Assembly: GCA_963845065.1 (NCBI GenBank)
Contig: CAWJQQ010000001.1
Span: forward strand, 928,001 to 992,000
DNA length: 64,000 bases
From: Nitrospirota bacterium
GTDB lineage: Bacteria > Nitrospirota > UBA9217
Direction: 5' to 3'
The notes under the pieces were generated by a model, which saw only the letters and a program-made list of their open reading frames with translations, was not told where the DNA came from and made no database searches. Numbering within the stretch: the first letter of the stretch is position 1; each line of letters opens with the position of its first letter. Shown here piece after piece: positions 9,939-20,408 of this stretch. The translations under genes and the position numbers were made by a program.

Positions 9939-11276
9939 ATGAACAGAAACACTGCGGAAAAGATTCTCTCTTATGCCCTATCCCACAATGCCGATGCAGC
10001 AGAAGTTTTTCTCCGGGCCTATTCCTCGACATCGATTGAAGTAAAAGACCAAAAGGTTGATGCTTTCGACCGCGCTAAGGATATCGGGGCTGGGCTCCGT
10101 CTACTCGTCGGAGCGCGCATGGGTTTTGCCTTCACGACCGACCTCTCCGAAAATTCACTCAAAACGCTTGCCCAGGCTGCCGTCACGAACGCCCAAAACA
10201 CGGAGCCAGATCCGTTCCATTCTCTCCCCAACAAGCCTGCTATTGCTTATCATGATGTAAATATCTTTGATTCACAAATCATTAATCTGGCTGAGAAAGA
10301 AAAGATTGAACGGGTGATGGCTATGGAACGGGAAGCTTTCGCCGTAGATGCGCGGATAAAGCGTATCCGCAAAGCTTCTGCCACCTTCTCCGACGCCGAT
10401 ACTATGATCATGAATACCAATGGAGCAGAGTCGTCGTACCGGAGCACTGCTTGCTCATCAAGCATTGAGGTCGTTGCTGAAGATAAGGGTGAAGCGCAGA
10501 CAGGTTCCGAATTCGATGTGACCCGCTTTTACGGGAAACTTCGTATTGAGGCAGTGGGCCGGAAGGCCGCACAGAATGCCCTCGACCTGCTTGGCGCAAA
10601 ACACATCAATTCCATCAAAGCTCCAGTCCTTCTCGAAGCGACGGTGGCCCAGGAGTTTCTATCGATGATGGCAAGCGGCTTTTCTGCGGAAACTGTGCAG
10701 AAGAAGCGGTCGCTCTTCATCGGCAAACTTGGTCAGGAAGTTGCTTCCCCGGTCATCACAGTGTTCGATGATGGCCTGCTTGAGGGAGGGCTCGGGACTG
10801 TACCATCGGACGACGAGACCGTGCCGATTATAAAAAAAACAGTGATAGAACAGGGACGACTAGCTATGTTCCTCTATAATACATACACGGCAAACAAAGA
10901 CAAGACCGTATCAACGGGAAACGGCATGCGTGGCGGGTTTAAGGGCATTCTCGGCGTGGGCCTGACAAATCTCTATGTTGAACCGGGCACGTATACTCTC
11001 GAAGATCTAGTCAAGTCAATCGATAAGGGCTTATACGTCTCGGAAGTCATGGGTATGCATACCGCCAATCCCATCTCAGGAGACTTTTCAGTGGGAGCAA
11101 CTGGATTCTGGATAGAGACGGGGAAAAAAGCCTATCCCGTACGCGAGATCACACTTGCGGGTAATATTCTTGATCTTATGAAATATGTGGATGCCGTGGG
11201 TAACGATCTTCGCTTTTCTGGCAAGATCGGCAGCCCGTCGCTTCGTATCAAAGAACTTTCGATCGGAGGGAAGTGA
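9939..11276 (+). CDS. pmbA: TldD/PmbA family protein (PmbA/TldE type)
   Basis: STGNGMR, ANPISGDFSVGATG, VREITLAGN, GSPSLRI motifs; GGAGG RBS. Confidence 0.85.
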   Translation: MNRNTAEKILSYALSHNADAAEVFLRAYSSTSIEVKDQKVDAFDRAKDIGAGLRLLVGARMGFAFTTDLSENSLKTLAQAAVTNAQNTEPDPFHSLPNKPAIAYHDVNIFDSQIINLAEKEKIERVMAMEREAFAVDARIKRIRKASATFSDADTMIMNTNGAESSYRSTACSSSIEVVAEDKGEAQTGSEFDVTRFYGKLRIEAVGRKAAQNALDLLGAKHINSIKAPVLLEATVAQEFLSMMASGFSAETVQKKRSLFIGKLGQEVASPVITVFDDGLLEGGLGTVPSDDETVPIIKKTVIEQGRLAMFLYNTYTANKDKTVSTGNGMRGGFKGILGVGLTNLYVEPGTYTLEDLVKSIDKGLYVSEVMGMHTANPISGDFSVGATGFWIETGKKAYPVREITLAGNILDLMKYVDAVGNDLRFSGKIGSPSLRIKELSIGGK

Positions 11277-11295
11277 GATTCAGTCGGTTACCACC

Positions 11296-12951
11296 TCATG
11301 CTGGATTCTGAATAACGAACGCTGAGCTATCTTCTTCCCACACTTTTTTCTCGACCTCTTTTAATAAACTTCCCAATGTATCCTTATTGATCGCCGAGCA
11401 TGCAACACCCCTGAACCTGCCTGCTATAGTTTTTCCCCAGAGTGGGTTTACGAGGTCCACCTTGTTAAACACGACAAGCTGGGGGATATGATCAAGGCCG
11501 ATTTCGCTCAAGAGATTATTCACGGAATCCATTTGCTGCTCGAACCGAGGATTGCTGATATCAACTACGTGCAGGATCAGATCAGCATCCTGCATTTCAT
11601 CGAGCGTAGCACGGAAAGCTCCCAGCAAATCTTTCGGTAGGTCTTTAATGAAACCTACAGTGTCGGTAATGACGACCTCGCGATCGCGCGGGAAACGGAG
11701 TCTCCGTGTAGCTGTGTCGAGTGTGGCGAATAAGAGGTTTTCCGCCTTGACCTCAGATTTCGTCAGCGCATTGAAGAGCGTAGACTTGCCTGCATTCGTG
11801 TAACCAGCGATTGATACGATGGGGATCTCGCTTTTGATACGTCGCTCGCGCCGCTGGTCTCTGGCCTTGCCCAAGGAATCGAGCTGCTTCTCCAGCATCC
11901 GGATTTTATCCCTGGCACGCCGCATATCGACCTCAAGCCGCGTTTCGCCCGGACCTCTACCGCCGATGCCGCCGGTGAGACGTGAGAGGGCGGTAGAACG
12001 TTCCGACAACCTCGGCAACCGGTACTTGAGTTGGGCAAGCTCGACCTGAACCTTCCCATCGCCGCTTTGAGCCCTCCCGGCGAAGATGTCGAGAATGAGC
12101 TGGGTACGGTCGATGACACGCATCTCAGTGATGTCGCCAATCGCTTTGACCTGGGCAGGCGATAGGTTTTGATCAAAGACGATTAGGTCGGCACCAAGCT
12201 GCTGCGAACGGATGATAAGCTCTTTGAGCTTGCCTTCTCCTAGCAGATATTTGGGATTGATATCATGCAGGCGCTGTATAACCATATCGAGTACCGTGAT
12301 GCCATCCGTTCGCGCAAGTTCTTTTAACTCATCAACGGACTCCTCCTGCTCGTGTCTGCTTTTTTTCGATACACTTACAAGGATGGCGCGGTCTTTTTGG
12401 GAGACTTCGTTCGCGGCCACCGCACGTTCCATCTGACGCTCGATGTCCGAGATGAATTCAGAGGCATCAAGCGCGATTGTATGCACGGACTGTGGCGGCA
12501 GGACCTCGTACAGCTTTTCTTCGGGATTGGGCGGGACAAGGTAGGCGATTGAGATGTTTCCGGGTAGACCATCGGCCTGGACCATGAGTACGGCCATGAG
12601 ATCCAGTCGGAGCAGGGCAAGGTCTGTCAGGTCTTCCTGGTTCAGCAGCTGGCCCTTAAGATGAGTGTGAATAAAACGGACGCCTCGAAGCCTTCTACCA
12701 CCCAGACGATGCTCGGACAAGTCGGGAATGAGAATATCCTTGTTTGTGCCGACAAGCACGTTTCGTACGCTTCCGGAGCGGTCGATGATGAGGCCGATCT
12801 GCCTGCCTGTCTTCGCCGAGGCCTCTGAAAGCACCCTCGCTGCCTCGGGGGTGATAACAGCGTCAGGCGGCATTTTCCTTCGGTAGAGGCGCTCGAGCAT
12901 TTTTACTTCAGCAGCTTTGAGGCCTGTTGTATTTCCGTGGATAGTGGGGAT
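11296..12951 (-). CDS. hflX: GTPase HflX (long form) with a probable AUC start
   Basis: GYTNAGKST, LFATLD, DTVGFI, NKVD, GIGGRGPGET; the frame extends 17 codons above the track start to ATC 12951, with GAGGAG 6 nt upstream. Confidence 0.93.
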   Translation of the reverse strand: MPTIHGNTTGLKAAEVKMLERLYRRKMPPDAVITPEAARVLSEASAKTGRQIGLIIDRSGSVRNVLVGTNKDILIPDLSEHRLGGRRLRGVRFIHTHLKGQLLNQEDLTDLALLRLDLMAVLMVQADGLPGNISIAYLVPPNPEEKLYEVLPPQSVHTIALDASEFISDIERQMERAVAANEVSQKDRAILVSVSKKSRHEQEESVDELKELARTDGITVLDMVIQRLHDINPKYLLGEGKLKELIIRSQQLGADLIVFDQNLSPAQVKAIGDITEMRVIDRTQLILDIFAGRAQSGDGKVQVELAQLKYRLPRLSERSTALSRLTGGIGGRGPGETRLEVDMRRARDKIRMLEKQLDSLGKARDQRRERRIKSEIPIVSIAGYTNAGKSTLFNALTKSEVKAENLLFATLDTATRRLRFPRDREVVITDTVGFIKDLPKDLLGAFRATLDEMQDADLILHVVDISNPRFEQQMDSVNNLLSEIGLDHIPQLVVFNKVDLVNPLWGKTIAGRFRGVACSAINKDTLGSLLKEVEKKVWEEDSSAFVIQNPA

Positions 12952-12986
12952 AGGGGTCTCCTCGAAAAAATCAGTGTAAAAACAGC

Positions 12987-13014
12987 TACAGCGCAGGAAA
13001 GCACCCGCGCTGTA
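12987..13014. terminator. Hairpin between the EF-like gene and hflX (possible terminator)
   Basis: TACAGCGC / GCGCTGTA 8-bp stem. Confidence 0.4.
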
Positions 13015-13045
13015 TTTATTGTATCATAATTATCGAGGCACAGCA

Positions 13046-13543
13046 TTACTTCACGAGAAACACAATGTCATGTTCCCGTGCATGGTCTCTTACCTTGATG
13101 CCGACGCTCTGGCCTGCCGCTGCCAGGTTTATGTGCTGGTGTTCATACTCCATGGATTCAACGGACTGCGTGAAATCTGTTATGTGACCTTTAACATGGA
13201 TAGTAGCTCCGGTTTTGAGGACCCCTTTATTGAGCTGGATAACCGCTACACCGAGGTGGCTGTAATAATGTGTCACGATGGCTATGGCCTCTTCGATCGG
13301 GGCGGGCTCTTCTACAGGCGGAATGCTGCGTAGCAGCGGGACCGGTTCATTGATTGCCGGTTTTGACGACACAGCCTTTTTGCCGGCAGATTTGTCTTTT
13401 TCGACCGCTATTTTCTTAGCAAGTTTTTTTGCAGGGTTTTTCGTTACTTTTTTCTTTATGACCTTATTTCTGATAGTTTTTTTGGCGGGTTTACGAGAAG
13501 TGTCTTTCTTATTTGAACTCTTGCCTTTTACTTTTTTCGGCAT
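13046..13543 (-). CDS. Lys-rich N-terminus plus translation-factor (EF-Tu domain II)-like beta-barrel protein
   Basis: VTHYYSHLGVAVI.L..G.LK.G..IHVKGH.TDF.Q.V.SM...H.....A..GQ.VGIKV pattern; GGAGG RBS. Confidence 0.75.
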   Translation of the reverse strand: MPKKVKGKSSNKKDTSRKPAKKTIRNKVIKKKVTKNPAKKLAKKIAVEKDKSAGKKAVSSKPAINEPVPLLRSIPPVEEPAPIEEAIAIVTHYYSHLGVAVIQLNKGVLKTGATIHVKGHITDFTQSVESMEYEHQHINLAAAGQSVGIKVRDHAREHDIVFLVK

Positions 13544-13849
13544 CGATACCCTCCTCCTGATTTTTCTCTTGAATTAAACAAGCATGAACTATTCTTTTCG
13601 TCCCTCCCGAGAGGAAACTGATTCGATCAAGCGCGTTCGGAATGAGCATGTCTTAGGAAAAACTGCCAGAATTTTAGCAAAAAAAATGCAAAATGCAAGT
13701 TCAAAAGAGAACAGGTCAAAAGAGGCTAAAATCGGAGGTAATGGAATGTTCGAATGTTAGTTTGATAACGTCCGACAAATGTGAACTAAAATATGCAACA
13801 CAAAGCTGGCCTCTTATCGAAGTTCGACGGATTGCTCTTTTTAGTAAAT

Positions 13850-13890
13850 CGGCGCGGGAATCTCCGCATGTTTTAGTGGTGGGAATATGC
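13850..13890 (+). repeat. IS200/IS605-type end hairpin, interrupted by the group II intron
   Basis: GGAATCTCCGCATGTTTTAGTGGTGGGAATATGC, continuing as CA after the intron. Confidence 0.5.
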
Positions 13891-15168
13891 GAAAGCGCCG
13901 GGATAAACCGGTATAGAGCAGAGGGTGAAAGTCCCTTAGATGGAAGGACGAGCTGAACCATCATGGCCCCGAGTCATGCGCGGGCGGTCGTGAGATTGCA
14001 CGTGAAGCGTTGACGGTGGAAGCGTAGGCCACCGATTAAGCTCAGAAATTACACATTTCCGAGTGCCGATTGCGTACGTACATGGGGAAAGCATTAAAGT
14101 CGACAACGCTATCAGCCAATTGTCTATCAACTCCGCGGGGTCGAAGACCTTTGCATGAGAGCACAATCTATGTTCGAGAACCGGAAGATCTCAGCAGCAT
14201 CCGCCGTGGAAGTTGCATATCGGATCAGTAAAGGAAGGCCTGTGGCCGTAATCTTTATCTGTACGCTGTCTTGCAGTTTGATATCGGCATAGTACAAAGC
14301 GGCTGACAAGGCCGCAACCCAGCGGGTGAAAGTCCCACCATGCTAATTGGGCGATTCAGGCATGTAGTGATACAATAACGCATGATGGGCAACCAACACG
14401 AACAATGCGTGGCGTAAAAGGCCAAGCCGCCCATCTCGAAGGGGATGCGGTGGAAGCAGCCTGGGGCCTAGCAAGTATGGGAGCCCAAACATAAAGGAAT
14501 GACAGCAGCCCTGAAATTAGAGGTCTGCAGAAACTACATGGCAGAATCTCGGAGAGACAAAAGGGACTCTCGGCACACGGCGGATTTCTATAGGACCCGC
14601 GGCAAGGTCATAGAGCCAAATTACCGCGTCAAGACTCCATTAGATGTCGAGACGGTGCGAAAACCGATGTAGTAAGGGTGTATGCGAGCCAGCGCTTGAG
14701 CTGCGCTGCATCAGGAAGGCCTGTCGAGGAAAGCTATGGTCGCCAACCGGGCTCGGACAATCCGACCGTCCGGGATGAAAACGGAGGTTTCAGTGAACGT
14801 AAGGCATGGTGGAACTAGGAACCCATATCGCAAATCGAAAAGGCGATACTAGTCACTCCTCACCTAGGCATGCGTGTAACTGAAATCTATGCGGACTAAG
14901 AAGGAGCTGATCAAAACGGGGCTGCCTGCACTGTGGCGGAGGTTCTTGAGGTAGGGCTGGTGATCAAGGGGCATGCTGGGAAGTGGTCTGCGACCTGTAC
15001 TCAGAAACAGGAGCAAACAATGAGCTGACTTGACAGGTTACGCAAAGCATAAGATATGGGGAAACCCGAGTCCATTTACGTGAATTACCCGAGGCAGGAG
15101 CCGCGTGAAGTAATTTTCGCCGCACGGATCCGTGTGGGGGGGCCGGTAAGTGCCATCACTACTACGAT
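13891..15168 (+). ncRNA. ORF-less group II intron (copy 1; contains a nested intron)
   Basis: 5' GAAAGCGCCGGG; GGTGAAAGTCC; D3 CATAGTAC; D5 GAGCCGCGTGAAG...GCACGGATC (15098-15130); D6 ending CTACTACGAT; collinear with 36512-37193. Confidence 0.85.
14296..14896 (+). ncRNA. Second, different ORF-less group II intron nested in domain III of copy 1
   Basis: Absent from copy 2; begins AAAGCGGC...GGTGAAAGTCC; D5-like AACCGGGCTCGGACAATCCGACCGTCCGGGAT (14745-14776); long D6 ending CTATGCGGAC. Confidence 0.75.
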
Positions 15169-15304
15169 CATCAATATAGAATCATCAAAAAGCCTTTGGC
15201 CGGCTCGAATAAATGTATCGCCAACTATCAGTTTTCACTCCGAAATATCTCTTTCGAGTTGACTGCGTTCAATGAATGGATTATGATTGTTGGACGTCCG
15301 CACT

Positions 15305-16333
15305 ATGAAAATTCTAATCATCAAGCTTTCCGCTATCGGCGATGTTGTACAGACGCTGCCGGCACTCGAAGCGATCAAAAAAATATTTCCCGACAGCGAA
15401 ATAACTTGGGTGGTTGAGGAAGCTGCAGCAGGTATCCTGGAGGGGCATCCGCTCATCAACCGATTACTTGTATCACAAAGGAAGGCTTGGCTACGCCTGC
15501 TCAAAAATCCGTTCTCTGCATGGCGGGGATTGAGCAACATCATCAGGTTTATTTACCTTTTGCGCAATATCCACTATGACATCGCCATAGATTTCCAGGG
15601 ACTCTTCAAGAGCGGCATCCTTATCGGTTTCGCCCGCGCCGACCGAAAAATAGGATTCGATCGTACTCGCGAATTTTCCTACTTGTTCCTAAACGAGCGA
15701 TTACCGGCCTATGACATTGAAAAACACGCACTCGAGCGGTATCTTGACATTGCACAGTATCTCGGCGCGAGAGATGTTTCACCAGCCTGTGCACTGCCGA
15801 TCAAAGAGGAGCAGGAAAAGATCAAACAACGGATTCAGGTGGTGAAGCCTCCCGGACGGCGTCTAGTGATTGTGAATCCCGGAGCGCGTTGGACAACAAA
15901 GCTGTGGCCGGAGAGAAATTTCGCAGAACTTGCGGACCGGTTAATTCAAGAAAAAAATGCAACAGTCATATTTACAGGTGGCCCCAACGACCGTAGGATG
16001 ATCGAACGGGTATTAACACTGATGAAGCACAGCAACGTTGAAAATTGGGCAGGGGAAACGACCCTCAAGGAATTGGCAGCACTCGCGTCGGTGTCCGATT
16101 TATTTATCACGACTGATACTGGGTCAATGCATCTTGCCGCAGCTGTCGGAGCGAAGGTCCTTGCACTCTTCGGACCCACGGCCCCGTGGAGAACCGGACC
16201 CTATGGGCGCTCAAACACGGTTGTGCGCTCGGGAATTGACTGCTCACCGTGCTTTCAGCGTACCTGCGGGAAGAATGTGAAGTGCATGACGGGAATTACC
16301 GTTGCAGATGTTATGAATAAACTCCCGCAGTAA
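15305..16333 (+). CDS. Glycosyltransferase family 9, LPS heptosyltransferase (WaaC/WaaF-like)
   Basis: KILIIKLSAIGDVV, DFQGLFKS, PGARWTTKLWP, TDTGSMHLAAA, LFGPT. Confidence 0.92.
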   Translation: MKILIIKLSAIGDVVQTLPALEAIKKIFPDSEITWVVEEAAAGILEGHPLINRLLVSQRKAWLRLLKNPFSAWRGLSNIIRFIYLLRNIHYDIAIDFQGLFKSGILIGFARADRKIGFDRTREFSYLFLNERLPAYDIEKHALERYLDIAQYLGARDVSPACALPIKEEQEKIKQRIQVVKPPGRRLVIVNPGARWTTKLWPERNFAELADRLIQEKNATVIFTGGPNDRRMIERVLTLMKHSNVENWAGETTLKELAALASVSDLFITTDTGSMHLAAAVGAKVLALFGPTAPWRTGPYGRSNTVVRSGIDCSPCFQRTCGKNVKCMTGITVADVMNKLPQ

Positions 16334-16570
16334 AATTAAAAATATAGAATGACGAACGAGGGAGCCTCTCACATTCTGCTATCATTAACGTTTCTGTGAG
16401 GGATCATTTCTTTTCGGGTGCGGTGAATAAACTTACAGAGGTACAGGGACCGCGGCAGGAATCCAGAATTTTCATGTTTGCTTCATTCACCCAGAATGCA
16501 AGAGGGTCTAGAAATTTTATCAGGAAAGTCGACTTCAAATTTGAAATCGGCTGATCATGTCTCGAGGCCA

Positions 16571-17026
16571 CTATCGTTTCAATAGACCGGTGCCCGCCGT
16601 CATGTCGATATACTGCACGATCTGCTCTAGCTCCAATCGCCGGTCTTCAAGAGCCCAGAAAAAAAAGTCATCAACTGACTTAAAGAAGCCTACGGCCGAG
16701 CGATGCGATGCGAGGACGTCCTTAGCCGCTTTATCTCCTACGACCTGGCCTGAAGCCAACAACTGGTCCATCTGTTTTGGGAAGTCGGCGTACCAGACAG
16801 AATAGCTTTTCCCTTTCGCTTTGCTGATGCGGTCCTTGATAAGGTGCAACACGAAATGATAGAGGTCCTTCTGGTCGGACATCGTGTGTTCAGGATTAAT
16901 AAATATGGAGTGCAAGCCGATTGCCTGAGTTATTCCCGAGTAACGTCCTTTCTTGAATAGTTCCTCCAAATAGTCCTTGAGCTTTTCTGTCCTTTCAACG
17001 TTCGAGACCATAACAAGTTCGGGCAT
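16571..17026 (-). CDS. Hypothetical protein
   Basis: 151-aa open frame with GGAGG RBS before ATG 17026; no family recognised. Confidence 0.65.
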   Translation of the reverse strand: MPELVMVSNVERTEKLKDYLEELFKKGRYSGITQAIGLHSIFINPEHTMSDQKDLYHFVLHLIKDRISKAKGKSYSVWYADFPKQMDQLLASGQVVGDKAAKDVLASHRSAVGFFKSVDDFFFWALEDRRLELEQIVQYIDMTAGTGLLKR

Positions 17027-17199
17027 AACAAACTTTCCTCCCCAGTAAACGCAAGTGATTGATATACTGACCATGTGATATTATACTAAGTTCATAGCAG
17101 AAGCAATATTTATTTCAATTTTGATAATGAAACCAAAACCTTCCCTTCGGCATCGCAAATAAGCTAAAAATTTTCCTGACAGCTATAGATTCGAATTTA

Positions 17200-17345
17200 G
17201 ACGAACAGATTCGTGGCATGGTGTCGAAGGCTGATATTCTGGTCTAGCGATTCGTGGTACTCAAGGAACCATGTCATTGACTGCCGAGGAACTGGCTTCA
17301 CATGTGGAAGAATATCAGCAGACGATCGCACTTTTCAAACATGTG
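17200..17345 (+). pseudogene. Possible remnant of a methyl-accepting chemotaxis protein C-terminus
   Basis: From 17271 reads MSLTAEELASHVEEYQQTIALFK, resembling the MCP terminal consensus; the upstream part is disrupted. Confidence 0.35.
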
Positions 17346-17553
17346 TCCATTTTCAAACTGAGTTTGAAAAATATTATATTGTAAATAAAGCGTCCAGTTC
17401 ATTTTATGACAGGCTCAAAGCGAACTGAACACATATTACCGAGATAATTCCCCCCCCATTTTGAGTGAACTGCCAAACTACATCGAAGAGTTTTGTCCAC
17501 GATAGTTTACAACTTGAAAAAAGATTATAAATCGGTTAAAGTCTCCAGTACTT

Positions 17554-18783
17554 ATGGCAGAAACGAAGATAGAACCAGCAGGCTGGCGCCTCGGGCTTAC
17601 CCGTAACGTCGTTGTCCTTGGTGTTGTCAGCCTTCTGAACGATGGGGCATCCGAGATGATCTACCCGCTACTGCCGGTCTTTCTCACGTCGGTACTGGGA
17701 GCAGGTCCAGCGGCACTGGGCACGATCGAAGGCATTGCGGAAGCAACTGCATCGTTTTTTAAGTTGTATTCTGGCTATATTTCGGACAAAGTTAAGAAGC
17801 GCAAAGGCTGGATCGTGGCCGGCTATTCCCTATCGAACGTTATCAGGCCGCTCATCGCGTTTACCACATCATGGTTGCATGTCCTCATGCTCCGTTTCTC
17901 CGATCGAGTAGGGAAGGGGCTCCGGACATCGCCACGCGATGCAATCATTGCCGACTCGACACTTGCGGAATTCCGAGGCAAAGCCTACGGTTTTCATAGA
18001 GCCATGGACCACAGCGGGGCAATCATTGGACCTCTTGCCGCAACGGTTCTGCTCTTTGTTTATCACGATAACCTTAAAACAATCTTTTTGCTATCAATCA
18101 TTCCCGGGATGCTTGCTGTCGGCACGCTGTTTTTCGGACTCAAGGAAAAAACGGCAGAAGTCTCGAAATCTACCGCCCGCTCCTCGGTATTTAATTTCCG
18201 TTCTTCGATTCGTGAAATGCCGAGAGAATTTCAAAAATTTCTCATTATCATAATGGTTTTTACCCTCGGCAACTCAACCGACACGTTCTTGTTGCTTCGA
18301 GTGCAACAACTTGGCGTACCTGTCAGGTTCCTTCCCATGATCTGGGTGGTGCTCCATATTGTCAAGATGCTATCCTCGGTCCCTGGTGGAATCATCTCGG
18401 ACAAGATTGGTAGAAAGAAAGTTATTGTCACAGGATACTTTGTCTATGCTCTGGTATATGCCGGGTTCGGTGCAGCGACCCACCAGTGGCATGCATGGAC
18501 ACTCTTTGCCCTGTACGGCATTTACTTCGGTCTGACAGAAGGAGTCGAAAAAGCGTTCGTTGCGGATTTCGCTCCTATGCAGCTAAGGGGATCAGCATTC
18601 GGTCTCTATTATTTGGTTGTTGGTATCGTCTCCCTTCCAGCATCTTTATTGTTCGGATTCGTATGGCAACAGTTCGGATCTCCCGTTGCCTTTGGAATGG
18701 GCGCAAGCCTTGCCTTGCTGGCGGGTGTGATGCTTTCGACCCTGGTAGTCAGGAAGCCGGAGGAAAACGTCGCTCTTAAGTGA
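17554..18783 (+). CDS. MFS transporter
   Basis: About 12 TM helices; GYISDKVKKRK, DRVGKGLRTSPRDA, GIISDKIGRK. Confidence 0.92.
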   Translation: MAETKIEPAGWRLGLTRNVVVLGVVSLLNDGASEMIYPLLPVFLTSVLGAGPAALGTIEGIAEATASFFKLYSGYISDKVKKRKGWIVAGYSLSNVIRPLIAFTTSWLHVLMLRFSDRVGKGLRTSPRDAIIADSTLAEFRGKAYGFHRAMDHSGAIIGPLAATVLLFVYHDNLKTIFLLSIIPGMLAVGTLFFGLKEKTAEVSKSTARSSVFNFRSSIREMPREFQKFLIIIMVFTLGNSTDTFLLLRVQQLGVPVRFLPMIWVVLHIVKMLSSVPGGIISDKIGRKKVIVTGYFVYALVYAGFGAATHQWHAWTLFALYGIYFGLTEGVEKAFVADFAPMQLRGSAFGLYYLVVGIVSLPASLLFGFVWQQFGSPVAFGMGASLALLAGVMLSTLVVRKPEENVALK

Positions 18784-19583
18784 GGTAGGGACAGAAACCG
18801 TTGGACGATGTTGCTTCCGAATCCCGGAAGAGGAACGTTTTTATCCCCCGGACACCGGTCTTGTGAATCAGATGGCCATCTAGAGTCAGAATCAGTTCTT
18901 CGATTGGACAGCCTGATTGAGTTACCACACCAGCGGAAACTTTTCAAGACTCGTTATTCAAAAAATAAGAAGAAGGTGATAAAACTTGCTGTGTCTCTTT
19001 CGGCATCGGCTGTTATCGTCGCATTTCATGCTCATCAATGCGGAATATCCCTTTTTTACGTTTTTCAACTTTTTTTGCTTGGGATTCCTGTCAGCACTCA
19101 TTATGCTGAATATCCAGTATTCGATCCAAAGCCTGCAAGTACATACTGTCTCATTTCCAGATTGTGCATTATTTTCTCTCTGATCTTAGCCATAAAAGGG
19201 CGTTCGTTGTTGCACAAAGTCTGTAGAACAGGCAACCTTAGGCTATCTGGCACTATTCAAGATCGAAACAGCGATCGTGCTGGTTTCAGTACGGACGTAT
19301 CTAGACGGCATCCGCTTTATGGTTCGATCATTTTATCGACAGCGAAGGGTCGCATGAATCTCCGACTTCCGTAGCCGTGGCGCTAATACTTTTAGGACGC
19401 TAAGTTAATCACTGCAGCCAAGGTAGAAGAAAACAAGGATATTAAATATTTCGTGTTTTGCACTGGGAATACATGAAGCGGACTAAGATGTTCATCCCTT
19501 TCGTGATCTGATCGGCATTTCGTATTCGGTATAACGAGGTTGAATTAGCGGTATAACCAACGTCAAAGAAAAAGAGGTGTACT

Positions 19584-20183
19584 ATGGGAACCTATATTAT
19601 AGCTGTCAGTGGAGCAAGTGGAGCGCCTTATGCACTTAGACTGCTGGAGGTGCTGATCAAAGGCAGCCACACCATATATCTTTCGATCTCGGGTGATGGT
19701 CTGTTAATTTTGAAAGATGAAACCGGTCTTATGCTCAAGGGCTCGGAGACGGACATTCAGTTTGAGATTGAGAAGCAACTTAATGCGAAAGAAGGGCAGA
19801 TCAGCTATTTCGATGAGAACAACATGTACGCGGCAATCGCGAGTGGCTCTAATAAAGTGGATGCTATGGTGGTGATTCCCTGTTCGATGAAGACACTTTC
19901 CGCAATTGCCCACGGCTATGCATCGACGTTGATCGAACGCGCGGCAGACGTAACACTCAAAGAACGACGCAAGCTCATCATTGTCCCACGCGAGACACCT
20001 CTTTCCGCCATTCATCTTAAGAATATGTTAACGCTGGCTGAGCTAGGATGCTCTATTATTCCTGCTATGCCAGCGTTTTACCATCGTCCCAAGAAGATCA
20101 CAGATATGGTTGATTTTATCGTCGGGCGCGTGCTTGATAGCATGGGGATCGAAAACGATCTGTCTCCGCGATGGGGGATGTAA
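19584..20183 (+). CDS. ubiX: Flavin prenyltransferase UbiX
   Basis: SGASGA, IASGS, PCSMKTL, RAADVTLKERR, PRETPL, PAMPAFY. Confidence 0.95.
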   Translation: MGTYIIAVSGASGAPYALRLLEVLIKGSHTIYLSISGDGLLILKDETGLMLKGSETDIQFEIEKQLNAKEGQISYFDENNMYAAIASGSNKVDAMVVIPCSMKTLSAIAHGYASTLIERAADVTLKERRKLIIVPRETPLSAIHLKNMLTLAELGCSIIPAMPAFYHRPKKITDMVDFIVGRVLDSMGIENDLSPRWGM

Positions 20184-20408
20184 GACGTTTGTGCGTGACC
20201 AAAAGCCTTCTGTTACACTTCTCCCGATTCATATAGGGTTTGCCAAGGCGAACTGTTTGATTTCCTGTCCGCGCATTCCCCCAGCTAGGCGTAAAGCGCC
20301 AGGAGGGGGTCAAGTGGCAGCTCTGAATCTTTAATGGATTGATACGTTTACATATTCTAAAAGCATCCTAAAGAAGACATGCATTCACCCGTGTAATAGA
20401 ATGTCTAT

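Noticed and set aside
14199..14225. GCATAT in a hairpin, perfectly complementary to the copy-1 5' flank, as a candidate EBS1
   Set aside because: In copy 2 the equivalent bases (CCACAT) are part of a stem, and the position corresponds to domain II rather than d3; probably coincidence
13693..15262. Short ORFs across the intron region
   Set aside because: No RT/maturase motifs (no YADD); they are incidental frames in structured RNA
18808..19374. 188-aa + strand ORF
   Set aside because: No RBS, no recognisable motif and atypical composition; more likely decayed spacer
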